Shown: piece by piece, positions 1-14,283 of the stretch
Layout of the letters: each line of letters opens with the position of its first letter
Numbering within the stretch: the stretch's first letter is position 1
From: Bigelowiella natans CCMP2755
Taxonomy: Eukaryota > Protista > Cercozoa
Reading direction: 5' to 3'
Assembly (NCBI GenBank): GCA_000320545.1
Contig: ADNK01000421.1
Span: 1-64,000 of the forward strand
Length of the DNA: 64,000 nt
Notes under the pieces: model-generated
Database searches by the model: none
What the model was told of the DNA's origin: nothing
What the model saw: the letters and a program-made list of their open reading frames with translations, nothing else
Position numbers and translations under genes: made by a program

Positions 1-233
1 TATTACCAGTCACATATTATCGTAAAATACCGCCCCATACATATATTAGATGCAAGAAAGTAGAGTTGTAGACGAGGCTTGTCGTTACTTGCACACAACA
101 GTCTGACTCCTCGTGAGATGATGCTGCTATTATGTGGAATAAGCATTACTTTGTGACATCTGCTTCGAGGATCAGGTCGCTGGGTCCGAGGTATTGAAGC
201 AAAGAAGAAGCCGCCCCCCCCCCCCACCAATAC

Positions 234-280
<47 letters not shown>

Positions 281-510
281 TGCTGATTAGGCGAGGCAGC
301 TTCTTCTTTGCTTCAATACCTCGGACCCAGCGACCTGATCCTCGAAGCAGATGTCACAAAGTAATGCTTATTCCACATAATAGCAGCATCATCTCACGAG
401 GAGTCAGACTGTTGTGTGGAAGTAACGACAAGCATAGTCACCAATATACTTTCCTGCATCTAATATAAGTATTGGGCGGATATTTTAACGATAATATGTG
501 ACTGGTAATA
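1..510. repeat. ~215-bp inverted duplication (1-215 vs 296-510) centred on a (TA)n tract; probable fold-back sequencing/assembly artefact
   Basis: 1-215 is the reverse complement of 296-510 and gives twin ORFs 3..230(-) and 280..468(+). Mismatches increase away from the self-complementary (TA)n at ~235-276. Confidence 0.85.
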
Positions 511-1217
511 ACCAACGACCACAGACCTTCCACACTCTACCCGGCACTAGAGGACTCAGACTTCATAATCTTCGCTGCCGGAGCCGGCGTCTCATCGTCA
601 ACCTCATCGTCCGATAGCATGCGAGGTGTTTCAGAGGGGGAGAAGGAGGAAAAGCCTTCTTCTCCATTAAATGCGCTGTTTAATGCGGGCAGTGCGGAGA
701 GGATCCCAGAGATTTTGCTGGAAACACCATCTAAGGTGTAGGAGACGTAGCAGTAGTAGTATCGAGATTATTAACTTGAAAACTCATCCAATCCACCCCC
801 CCCCCCATATCTGAACACGGTCGTTTGTGGTAGTGTGGGTAGTTGTATAGTAATATAAGTAACGGGGCATTCCTGAATACTACGTCGATTTGATCATGGT
901 TTCAACTGTGTTGTGCAGCTCATCGATGCTGTCGCATTTGGGGGATTTGAGAAAATTGACAATAGAGGTCGTTCTTGAGCACCTTACCACATATCATTTT
1001 CAATGTAAAGATGCAGACTAGCAGCAGCAGGAGCAGGAGGAGGAGCCGCTGTCGTGTGCTGATGTTGAGAGGATATTGTTCGTTGTGTACTCTGCTGTGT
1101 ACATAGGTGTGGCCAATGTAGCAGCTATTGCTTCAGGTAGTGAGATAGATAGAAATGTTGTTTATGTTCCCGCTGGCGTTAAACAGTATTGCATCACATA
1201 CAGAAAATCATATAACA

Positions 1218-1248
<31 letters not shown>

Positions 1249-1432
1249 TCACACATTAGAAATCCTATTTATTATCATTACCATGTTGCTCTTGTGTAAG
1301 GAAATAATAAAGTATCACCGACTCGTTCTCAGGCATCTCCAGCGTTAAGCGAATAGTGCTGATTTCGTCTTTAGGTGTCACCAGATTTCCAATTGTTCAG
1401 GTACTACTGCGTTGCTATCTACGATGTCGGTA

Positions 1433-1468
<36 letters not shown>

Positions 1469-1702
1469 TTGATGACCATCAAGCCAAAGGAAACACACTC
1501 GTGGTAATCTTGTTGGAAAAGCCAGCAGTGTATTTTGCCCAAGCCTGTTGGCTGGATTCGCAGCAGTTTGAGAGAAGATTGGTTCTTCACGCCGATGATG
1601 AGTTTGCTGTTGTCCTCCTTTCACTGGTTTTTACACGGAATTTTAAAGTACAGATGATGATTATAACAGCGTGCAATGATACAATTCCTCCTTGTTGGTT
1701 GG

Positions 1703-1738
<36 letters not shown>

Positions 1739-2094
1739 ATGAAATGTACGCAGCTGGCAACGTTGGCAGGGGATGTTCTCTCACAGAAAAGAAAAGGCGA
1801 AGAGGTGGGAGAGTTATACCGCAGTGGTCGTAGAAGTTCTTGCCTCATGATGAGCAGTAGCATTAACAACAGAAACAGTTGAGCTACGTATGTCCCTTTT
1901 TCTTTTCATATGTTTTTGCCGGTGTGCTATCATCCCCATCATTACCACCGTCATCATCATCATCGTCATTACAATCATCTTCATCCTCATCAGTATTATC
2001 CTCATCACCTTCATCATCATCAGGCCTTAGCTTCGAGTGGAGTCAGGTATACTGTTATTCGCCCCGGCGGTCTCACATCCAAAGGAACCGGTGC

Positions 2095-2126
<32 letters not shown>

Positions 2127-3045
2127 CGATGATGACGATGATGATGATGATGAGGATGATGACGATTTCAGTCGAGCCTCTCCAAATCTGATCAGTGTTT
2201 GAATGGAATTTCACAAACATGGATACATACCTGTTGTTGTGGCTTCATAGGTCAAAAGCTACGGGTGTCGCAAGGGGATACCGATTTCGGGTATTATTAT
2301 AATACATCTAAATAACATAATAGTACATGTAAAAAGCTGGTCAAAACTGCAAACAGTCACGGCAACGACTGTGAGCACGGGTGCGTCTAACCGCGACGCC
2401 AAAAGTAGCTTTGCTTTCGTAACAAATTCGCATTGCGGTGTCCAATTCCTCCGTGCTTCTCCATCGAGCACACCACGTGTTTCTTCTGCATCACCACAAA
2501 GAACTGCTGCCATACGAAGAACAACTTAGGCTTGTTACTGCTCCTGTGTTTACACATGATTGCAATGGCATGATGATAGTGGTGATGGCGATGGCATGTG
2601 TTGCGTGCCTACCACACAACGAAGATACGGTTGCTTTGATTATTCAGGTCTATCTCACGATCGGACGTGGCACGTGCGTGTTTGGAGGTAGCAGCTCGCA
2701 CCTATTTATGGCAAACATAACCCGAGAATCAAATCACATTCTCGAGCAAAAACGATACACTATTTGCTTGGAAGGATCATAAGAACGTCATCAATGCTCG
2801 TTTTGCTCGTTTTTGTATACAAACAAACAAGCAACAAATTGGCCGTTGTGATGGCGAGATCAAACGCGCCGTGATTGTTATATGTGCTCTTCCAGGTAAT
2901 ATCTAGGCCGGAGGCGGCATTAGACAGCACGTTTGAAATTGTTGGAGATGCGTCTGGATTATCGAAGGAAGAATGGGCCTCGGTAGACATCTTCGGCTAA
3001 TTTCTAAAAAATCTTTACAGTTGTGCATGTATACATATGTACATA

Positions 3046-3104
<59 letters not shown>

Positions 3105-3357
3105 TTGCTCTCAACTTCATGTTCTCTAGGTACTTTCGAATGTAAAGGCAGATGTGGACGTCAAATCTCCTGTGGAAGAGGTTGTTGGCTATGTTGCTAC
3201 TGCTGCTGCTGCTGCTGCTGGAGAACATTCGCATATTTATCATTTAGCAGTTGATCCTGATACGCCACACGTGCAGGTATTCGGATTCAACCCTTTCGAC
3301 CCGAAGTCGGTGTTGGACGGCTTTACGTCAATCGTAAACGACGCCTCCAAGAAATGA
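291..3357 (+). CDS. NAD(P)-binding Rossmann-fold atypical SDR (NAD_binding_10 / TIC62-like), multi-exon, 5' end missing
   Basis: Spliced exons read EADVTK|PSTLYPALEDSDFIIFAAG, KIDNRG|VANVAAIA, QKRKGEE|ALASSGVRYTVIRPGGL, GSISRSDVARACLE|VISRPEAALDSTFEIV and ..NDASKK* with GT-AG introns. Confidence 0.8.
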
Positions 3358-4032
3358 TTATATAGCTGTTTCTTTCTTCACAGCTTATGTCACGTATGGT
3401 GTACATGGCAAGGTACCGGCTGCAGTGATGGTGTGTATGCATGCTTCTCTGGCAGTTACGGATATAAGGCGCACCGATTTGCTACAAAAGAAACTATTAG
3501 CCATTTGCCGCCCACGATTTACGAATACTAAAAAAAACTCTATTCAATGAACGTGCTTGAAGTCCTCGCAAATCATCATGATGATCAATCGTCGCGCACG
3601 TACTGAGACACAGCTAGACAGGCTAGCAGCCTATGCAACGTAGTGGTCATGGCACATGCCTTTGTGTCATAAATATGTGCTGTAATAACTGCTGATATGC
3701 TATATCTACAAGGGCACGTATTGCAGCTTTGCACAACTATACATTAGGATGACAATTGCAAAAAATATATTGTGATATTCTTTAGTCATGATGATTGAAA
3801 AAAAATGATATATTTACTGCATCCGTCTTATTAGTCACGCGTCTCATATAGGCGCATATCACCGTTGTGGCGTTGGCAACATAAACATGCAGATGTGCAT
3901 GCACCCGGCGCACAAACAGCTATATATCGACAACATATGGCACTCGTATCTACTCAAAGAGAAGCAGCCACGAAGCTACAAAATGTAATAAGCACGGGAA
4001 TACATTATTACACGATCATTCATTGACCGCTC

Positions 4033-5585
4033 TTAAGCTGTCACTGCAGCTCGGGCTGAACAAGCCAAAGTGCGTCTCTCCGCATGCTGCTGCACCGTGG
4101 TGATCACCGCCATCGTTCCTGTTGGTAGTAGATTCAGAATCTGCCCTCCCCCCCCCCCGGGAATCAATCGATGGGATGTACAATATTGGCTGGAGCTGAC
4201 CGAGGTCGAAACTGAGGTTATCATTACGTGCAATCTTATGATTCTGTAACACACTCAAGAACCCAATCATGCACGCAACCCATCTATATACGTGAAACCA
4301 ATTGTGCGCGAAAAGCTTCATTGGCGACGCAGACAAACACCTGCAACGGTGATACTACACTACTACTACTGCTGCTGCTGCTTCTACTATTCTCGGTGCA
4401 AACACGATACGACTCTGCTACTGCATGATATCACATACTCTTTCAATTCCTCAAATCCGCCTGATGACTGAAACATCTCTTCCAGTGCCATCACCTGTGA
4501 GCGAGCACCACGTATGACAAATGATCAAACACGTGTAATGTCACAAACAAGCATGAGGCAGAAATAAGCAACACGCTCTTGCGGGAGGGACCTGATGCAG
4601 CATTGACCGTTGAAGTCGGCCCTTTGCCTGCATCATGTTGTTTTTTGAATTTTAGTCCTTTCACATAACGATGGGCGAGTACATAAAGTTTGGTTATCAT
4701 TGTTACACCTCCGTAGTTCCTTGGAAAGCAGGGCTTCGATTGGCCTTAATGCGTGATTATGATTATGCAAGCAGCATTACACTTGTTTTTGTCTTGATCG
4801 TGATCATTTCCATAAAACAAATGGCGGTGGTAATATTCAAGACTCTCCGTTATTTGTATGTCTTGGAATGAGCCAACACCGCAGCACAAAATGGCGCTAC
4901 ACGCATCTTGTTGGATGGTCGCAGTGATGATCATATATGATGATGATGATGATGATGACGATGATGATGCAGCTGCTTGCGTGCTCATGTAAATCGATAA
5001 AGCTGCTATTATTATTATCATTATTATTATTACTATTATTATTATTAATATCTTACTTTTATTAATTTATCGTTACAGTACTACCTCGATGAACCATATC
5101 TTCATGTTACTGTCAATCATAAAGTCACATCCAAAGACACCTGCAAAGCAGCAGCAGCAGCAGGATGATCATGAGGATACCAACCCCAAATTCAATCAAT
5201 CTGCACGATGAACATGGAATACGATAACAGAAGAGCTGCACCATTTTGTCTACTTTACACACCGACGGATAGAAATGAGAGTTATGTACCAAATAGACCA
5301 CGTCGCTTGATCATCTTGGGATGCACAGCCTTTGCAAACACAATCACACACACACATACACCCAACACAGCAGGTAAATCTCAAAGCACATTCGAATATT
5401 AAAGTTTATAATGAGCAGCAGCATCCCTGAAAACTGTTGTTAGTAAGATGGATGGTTTTCGTCTGGATGCCCTTATTTGCATAAGTGTCTTTCAGAAATG
5501 AAACCATTAATGTGTTCTTCGGTGCAGTGAAGAAAGTGTCTTATGTGAAGTTCCAAAGCACGATTATGACATCTCATTTATCAAT

Positions 5586-5619
<34 letters not shown>

Positions 5620-6658
5620 CTTCAATATATGAACCATTGTCCTTTTTATACTGGGCTCGAGGTGGTTACGTACCTGCAGAAGAAGACATTGAAAACAAGC
5701 AGATAATAGCAATACATATTGATCATAGATCATTAATTGGAGAAGGGTGATGCTCAGCCATTCAAACGTTATTGAGGAAAAACTAGCTCGTGTGACTTGG
5801 AAGTAGCAATACCCAGTTTGGATCATCAATAAAGCCCTCTTCCAGCATCGATTCCTGCCGTGTTTGGTGTGAATCATTCTCTCTTGACGGCGTATCAATT
5901 TTAATCAGCACGACGGATTTGTTTATCACTGCTTTTTCTGTGGTGTGTGTGTGTGTGTGTGTGTTGCGTGGATTTGTGTTGGGAGGAAAATCAATCATTC
6001 TCTCTGCGTTGTTCTTATATCCAGCAGGTAAACACACCTGCAATTGCTCAAAAGATCGCATCTGGAATTTTGCCAGCTCTGTATTGTTCTTGAAGATATT
6101 AAACAGCAAAATTTTCACAAGTAAACACTACATTTCTTCTTCTTCTTCTTCTTCTTCTTCTTGTTGTTGTTGTTGATAGTATCCCCCCCCCTCCCCTCCT
6201 CAAACAGAAGTTCCCTTACTACCTTAAACTTGGCCTTGGCGAGTGCGGTGTTGGTTATGTGCGAAGATCGATGGGGATCCAAAGCATCATATTTGCTTAA
6301 CGACACCTAATAATTGATTTCGTACGAATCACTGATTGATGATGATAGCGATGATGAGGACGAAGTGATAGAGGGGGGGAGAGAGAGAAGAAACAAAAGT
6401 TACTACTAGTACCCTGAGAAATCCTGGATGATAAAAGGCCAAAAATGGGGAGGTAGAGGCTACGATCATATACCTAAAATATCGTGTTTTGTCATGACCA
6501 TGATCATCACCATCGACTACTACTCCACAAAGATACCAATCATCATAAAACACACACTGCTTTCAACGCTGTGATGGTATTACACTCTCAGGTCAAATTT
6601 ATGGCCGCCATCAATTGTCAGGGGATTCGGCATGAAACGCTGTATCAACACCTGATAA

Positions 6659-6707
<49 letters not shown>

Positions 6708-8580
6708 TCGTGAAGGAGGAAAGGGGCAGTTTGAGAGGTGCTGAAGTTATGAAAAGAGCTGTGCAATGTCGTCTTTTAGATTTGTACATGTGGGAGGATT
6801 GGTTTCAGGTAGGTGTTTCTTGAAGGCCTTCGTATATACCTATTGTTTTTAAGATTATTATTATTATTATTACTATTACTATTATTATTTTATTGTTGCT
6901 GTCGATGAACAATAGTGAGGATGGCAAATGAAGATCGTATGATCCTTAAATGGCGATGATTGGCGTGATGATGATAATAATCACAATGCCAGCGCTGTGC
7001 ATAATGAGGGAGAAAAACGTTATCTGGTTTCAAAGCAAAGCTTTTATGTGCTGTTCAGCAATGTAAATCTACTCTCATCATCATCATCATCATCATCATT
7101 ATCATTATCAATATCGTTATTAGCATCAGTTCTGCTCGTTATCATCGTTCTGTTACATTCCGTGCCGCAGGTCAGCCGACACCTGAGCACACCCGAAACA
7201 ACAACAACAACAACAATAACAACAACAACGAGAAATCACTAAACAAAGGGAGGACTGGTTTCATCATCATCCTCATCTTAATAATCATCCTCATCTTCAT
7301 CGTCATCATCATCATCATCATCATCGTCCATTGTACCGACCGTATCGAAGGTCTCAGGCCCCGTATCAACATGCATCAGTACCCCTGACAACACACAAAC
7401 ACGCCAACAAGCACACACCAATACCTCACAGATGACCGACTTTTGCGCTCGCAATATTTCATATAAACTCACATCATCACTACAATAACAACTAAAGCAC
7501 TATCTTATAAACCGACGGCGCAAATGATGAGTCATTCATCACCAGTAGAAGTGAAGGCGTTGCAGGTCCTTGCTCTGTCGCACTCCTCCATCATTCTGAT
7601 GATAGCAATTAGGAAAGTAGTGATAGTAAAGGGCACATGGCAAGGGGGGTTGGTGTTGGTCTCTCTCTTCCTACTGGGTGAGAGTTCTATTCTTCAAGCG
7701 TATTTCCTTGATCGGAGTCGCTCTTGTTGGCATCACCCCGGGGAAAAACCTGCATGTGTTGTTCATGATAGATTTGGTGTTTACCACGACGATGATGACG
7801 ACGATGATGGTGAGTATCAAAGTGCACGAAGATTGATGGTTGCGGATGATATCATGGCTATTCTCTACCATCCTCATCATCGTCATCATCATCATCATTA
7901 TCATCATCATGTGATATATCGATGAGCTTTGATATGGTATACACGCATTCAGCAGAAAGAGTGGGGTGTTGTTGGTGCTGCCAAGGATTTAATGAATATT
8001 CCGAACAACAAACACACACACACAAACACACTATCACTCAAGCTCACTTTCTACGTCTTTTCTCTCTCTCACTCTCTCTGTTTCTCACTGATAGTGATGA
8101 CGTATCAAAGGTTTGCTACAAGCGCGTCCTCCTATATGAAAAAGATGCATACATTACAACTCAGCAGTATTTCGAGAGATTCTGGAGAGAACTACGGCAT
8201 CGATGACGTGTTGATCTATCCTCCCCTACCACCCTCCCCTTTCTCCCAGCAAAACTTACCTTCAAAAATGTGCGATAGAACCTCCATGTCACTACACCGG
8301 GAGATACATCGGAACGAGGGAGAGGGGAGGGGGGAGGGGGGGTGAAGAAAGATGGATGTAGATATGAATTTGGAAACCGAATTGGGAAATTAGGCGGGTA
8401 TGGTGACGACTTCCGTCCTGCGACATTCGTTGAGCACGCAAGCATCAGTCATCAGAGATATAACCCTCAAAGCCAGGAAAATTTGAAAATGTGTTGGTAC
8501 TATCTATCATACTGCGTGATTTGATGACCACCTTAAAGAATATAACATCAATGCTTTCCCTGAGGCCACACATCAAGACA

Positions 8581-8619
<39 letters not shown>

Positions 8620-9139
8620 AAAAGACTACTCAACAACGCATTGAATGAGCAAACTCAGGGGTGGAAGAGGTTGATGAAGAGGTGCGGCTTGTATCATCCA
8701 TCGATTTTTTTGGGTACAGTTGTGAAAGACGAAGATGATGTTTTTATTATCAAATACATCTCATAATTCTTTGAAGCAGTACCGTTATGCCTTGTTGCGT
8801 GTTTGCTGATATACGCGATTTGGCTGCCGTCTGATAAGCTACGGCTACTTCCCCAAGTCTTGAGGTCGTCTCGGAACAGTGCCTATTTCGAGACGTGTGG
8901 TGATAATGATAATGATGAGGATGGTGAGGATGATGATGGTGATGGCGATGAAGGTGGAAATCGTGATACTGTCCTAAGATATTATATCAAATTCAATTTT
9001 TGTCCCCCGCCCCCCGTTTGCCCCCGTATTGGTAAAAATCATTGCTACTTGACAATCCTCCGGTTTAGAAATCAGGAACGTTTTGGGTTGCAGACTGTGA
9101 AAACAACATTTAAGCATATGAGCGCGTGAGAGTGAGAGT

Positions 9140-9181
<42 letters not shown>

Positions 9182-9446
9182 CAATGAAGTGGGGAAGAAG
9201 GACAGCCCCCCCCTCTTCATTTTCGTTGTACTATAGCATCATAAATAAAACAAACCCGTGAGGAGGAAAACAATGGTCACCATCTTGGTTGCTTTGGAAG
9301 TCGTCTTTGCCACCCTGCTGCTGCTGCTGCTGCTGTGTTGGTGTGATAGCATCGAGCCTTTCTTGATATTCTCTTAACGCAACGACTAGTTTATCCTACA
9401 TGAAGAAGAAGAAAGGAGGAATTTGATGAAGAAGAAAGTTGTGTAC

Positions 9447-9512
<66 letters not shown>

Positions 9513-9900
9513 AAAACATAAATAATACATTGGCTACAGTGTTACCTTGACTCCGATATGTTCTTCTCCAGGAATATGATTAAACAGTTGGCCTGGGTTA
9601 GAGGGAGGGGAAGGGGTGAAGAAGGTTACAGCACCATGCGTGCATGTTTGTAGAAGGACTTCTTCTGATCTTGTAGCGAACATAAGCATACGCGCCAGTA
9701 CGGCAACAAGAACACGAACAACAACTAGTATTTACTTTCTGCTGCTACTACTGCTTGGTAATGCATGCTGCCTACCTTCACAAGGAAATCCTGGTATTCC
9801 ATACCTGCAAAGTAGTGCAGCACCGCACGACGAGGATGATGACAAAGAGCAACGGATTATGATGATTTCATGATTTGATGATCAGAGTCAAAAACATCTA

Positions 9901-9935
<35 letters not shown>

Positions 9936-10676
9936 CCCCCCCCCCCCTTCCCCTGCCTTGAATTCTCGAAAATTAAATTGAAATGAATACGCGTGTGCAC
10001 TACTAACCCATATCGAAGGTGACTCGACGTAGATTTGAGGAGGAATAAGGTGACATTCGTGTGTGGGATGGGGGGGGGGTAGAACGCAGATCCGTTGTTA
10101 TAGTGAAGTCTTTCCTAAAGGTGTAAGATCTTATCAGGGCACCATATTCATTGAGTGTGCATTTGCGGAGATGTTGAAACGAAACAATACTTTATCGTTC
10201 CGGGTGCGCGACACACATCATACACCGGCCGTCGCCTCGCAGGTTGTGCGACCGGAGCAAAGACGCACTGCGTTCTTGCAAATGTGTGTGAAAGTAAGTC
10301 GGCACAACTACCTGCTGCTGTGGATGCTCTGGCGAAGGAAGATAAAACGGGGAGATTCTGGTCGTATTTTCAAGGTAGAAACACGACAATATTAACAGCG
10401 GCAGCTGCTGTACCATCAGGAAAACATGTACATGAGCTTCTTCTTAAAAGCATAGACGGACAAGAAGAAGGTGCAGTAAGAGTAGTGCAGTACTAGGGAA
10501 AGCTCTGTTAATTCTCGTATTGTAACTAATGATAACTGCACGGTGGTATGTTTGTTTCATCTTCAACCATGTCTATTCGTTGTTTACGATTGTGATTGGG
10601 TGGTTTTATTCACTGAGACCTGTTCCCATGGACATTAGCATCGAAGTATCTACCAACCAGTGCGCGCGCGCACACA

Positions 10677-10707
<31 letters not shown>

Positions 10708-11913
10708 GCACGCACGCACACACACACGCACGCACACTGAGTAAGTCTTTTGCTTATGAATGATACTGTTATAATGAATCGGCCATTCATACTGTCTGGA
10801 TTTGAGAAGCTTCACGAACAGATTTCCTCGTTTATAGTCTGACCACATGACCAAGGGAATCTGCACAAAATACCATGATATATCACATCAAAAACGACAG
10901 GCAGCTCCGGGTGAAACCACCACCAAAGATTGAGAAGAAGTACCTCTCTCTCGAAATGCCTTCGATAGTTGCTTTGATACATTCTGCAAGAAGGCAAGGC
11001 AATCAAGTCCCATATCACATACATTATATATGCTCTACGAAAAGAAAGTACAACAGTACCAGAATCGGAAAGGATTCTCCTTCCCGACAACAACAACAAC
11101 AACAACAACAATAACGACTACTACTACCACTACTACCACTTCTGCTGCTACTACCTTACATGTTCGCAGTACCATCCCATGGTCGAGTTTATCTCTTGCA
11201 TATGCTGTCGTTGCTGTTGATGCTCTACTGAGGAAAAACGATGATGAAGTTGATGATTGTTAATACAATCTTGATGATGAAGTTGGTGACAACGATGATG
11301 GTGAGTATACGCTTTTATTCATGTCGTCGTTGTGAGTGCAAGATAGTAGCAATTCCTCAAAATATCTACCATATCATGTGTGTGTGTGTGTATATATATA
11401 TATTTATATATATTATATTTACCTTGAGCCTTCAATTCGAGTGAACGATGGTAGATGATCGATTCAACAACCTGAAGAAATATACAATATTTGTGACTGT
11501 TAGGTGAAATATGATAATCAGGATCTTGGCCGTTTCTGAGGCATGGCTGATTGTAGTGTTGTCGTCGTCGAAAAACTGCTATATTTCTCCATAATTCAGG
11601 GCGATTTCACTGTTAATGTTTGTGTGCAAACGTGGTGATAATGGGTGGTAGTACATGATCGAAGGTTGGACAAGACTCTTCTTTTCCTTCACTGACCGCC
11701 GTTGTTATTTTCAATTTCCTTCCGCGTGGAGGAGAAGATGGACCAGGAGAAAAAGAAGAGGATGGTGATGATGCCCTTTCTTCTCGTAGCTGTTGATTAT
11801 GAGCTGGCATGGCTGCTGCACGGTCACGAATCCAACCGAAGTCGCTTCTTTCCCTGTAATGCATTTTCGCTCAGATTGTGTATTAGATTAATTTACCATG
11901 GATATCATATAAA

Positions 11914-11956
<43 letters not shown>

Positions 11957-12598
11957 CATTTGATTCCTCCAGCATTCCTACCTATTGTAAGATGCTGAAT
12001 TGCCGTCATTGCCATTGCCGTTGTAGATCTCGCCATCCCTCTCGACAACTTCGCGATTCTCCCGGGCCATTTCGTTCCTAGAATAAGGATGATGGGGGTA
12101 GTGGTCTCTGGGAGGGTGTCTTTGGTCTTCACTGTATCTGCTTCTACTCTTTCGTTCGTCTTCAAAAAAGACTCTTTCGGAGCGGGATCTCCCTTGCCTG
12201 GACAACGCAAATCGATGATAAGAGTGATGGGTTGAGACGAAGATACGATGGTAGTGGTGGCGGGCTATTGAATACTATGGTTATAATAACAAGGAGGAGG
12301 AGAATGGGGAGGAGTCTGGAAAGGGAATAGTAAAACCTGTCTCAAAGGATAATAACATCTGTGTTCTGTTTCATAAGCTACTTACCCGTCGTGAGAAGGA
12401 ACGTGAGATTCCCTTGGGGAGCTGGCAATCTTCGTACGAATAACGTATGATTAGCATCAACGTGTGTCAGTCATGATGACAAACACCCAGATTACACAGC
12501 ATCACGGTAAATGAAAGAGACGAAAAAATCATTTTGATGTGATTAATAGAATACCATGGAGATTATGACGTAGTAGGTGAAGAATCCAACCGCACATA

Positions 12599-12677
<79 letters not shown>

Positions 12678-12968
12678 AGCAAATGTTCTTGATGTAACGA
12701 GCTGGGACCGTGGGTTTAAGTACCAATCCTACCGATGATATTCCGAACCTTCTCCTTCGAACCCCAAAATATACATGAATTCCATTGAGTAGTTGCTTAC
12801 GTCGCTAACCACCTTAGCGCACTGAAATAGGCACTTTCGTCTCCGATGTGGCGAGATCCTTAGATGCCATGGTTTTTTCTCCTTCCCTGGCCCGCCATCA
12901 CCCTCCCGTTTAGAAGAGAAAAGCCCGGAACGACGATGCTTTCCCCCTCCTCTCCATCCCTCCACCAT
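4033..12968 (-). CDS. Tubulin-tyrosine ligase-like (TTL/TTLL family ATP-grasp) protein, many small exons; 5' end unresolved
   Basis: Ordered TTL motifs on the minus strand: QLFNHIPGEEHIGVK|DKL (~9590-9340), YISKHATRHNG (~8800), RYMIVASTSPFLAFYHPGFLR (~6450), SHITNT (~6255), VFGCDFMIDSNMKIWFIE|ANRSP (~5140-4710). Confidence 0.8.
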
Positions 12969-13613
12969 CTCAACCGAATCTCGTCTACGCAGAAGCCCGT
13001 ACCATCATCATCATCGTCGTCGTCGTGTCTGTGCCCCATTCCGCATCATCACAGGCAGGCAGGTTGTCAAGCCCATCATCGTTGCCATAGTCAGCCCTAA
13101 CTGTGCTGTGACGGACAACGTGGATTTGCTACGTGCGACAAGGAATAACGAGGAATATATCAAAAAATGCCCTGTTTTAGACATAATTTCCCAGATTTTC
13201 TGTAACAGGCAATGCTCCCAGTAATTCGTTAAGCGGCTTGCAGGAACAGTGATCACCTCATCATCCCGCCCTCTACCATTGGATAAAAGGATTCAGCGTG
13301 GGATTGATACTGCTGCTGGACTCTGCTACACGATTGAGGATACTAGCACTGCAACTGTTTTTCTTCCTTTTCGTCGTATAAATGAAAGATAGTGTGTGGA
13401 GTCGGCTGAATCAGGTAGTGTGTGAATGCATCGTTGTGTGGATCCCAACATTATACTAAACGCACCGTTCGCGTGGCTTTCAACATCTGTCCCTCCTCTT
13501 TCCTTTTATTTTCCGGGACACTTTGACGATGGCAACCCACAAACTGAACCGCAATCTGTGTCTTCAACAGCAAGGAACTTACACATACAACTCTCGGAAA
13601 AGGGAGAAAGAGG

Positions 13614-14198
13614 ATGATTCTGCAGCATCTGCGGATGAACGATTATCTGATTTCGAAGCAACCAGGTAGTAGAAGTGAGTGGACTTCAAATGACTTGCAT
13701 ACAGGACCCAAATGCAATGAGTTGCGCATGTCAAAGATTCTTCTTTATCACAGGTACACCCGAGGGCGACGCCAAACAAGACGCAGCAGTTCTGTGAGAA
13801 GGAATACCATATCGTCATCATCATCCACTCCAAGGAGCTTATCACGCTCTGCATCAGTCACACGTACTTATTGTTACACGCACCCTTACACTTATCAGCT
13901 GTGTTTTTTTAGAGAAAGGAGGGAGGGGGGGGAAGGGGGGGGTGGTGATTAACATGGTGCTGTTAAACATGGTGATCCTTGCACAATTAATGCCTCCGCT
14001 CGGTGTAGGAAATGAAGAATTTTGGGAAAGGCTGCATCAGGTAATACTCGATCGATAGTTTATTCCATTGAAGAATGTTCGTATTTATACCTGCTGCTCC
14101 ACAACTTATGATGTTATGTATGATCAGCAATCAACGGTTAATAACAGAATTACGAAGAAAATGGATTACAGGAACAAACAACGGACTCGACGCTTATC

Positions 14199-14283
<85 letters not shown>

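Noticed and set aside
1-510. Large palindrome as a MITE, foldback element or hairpin RNA
   Set aside because: The arms are an ordinary exon plus intron of the SDR gene mirrored at a (TA)n hairpin, with errors increasing outward. This is typical of polymerase fold-back in sequencing.
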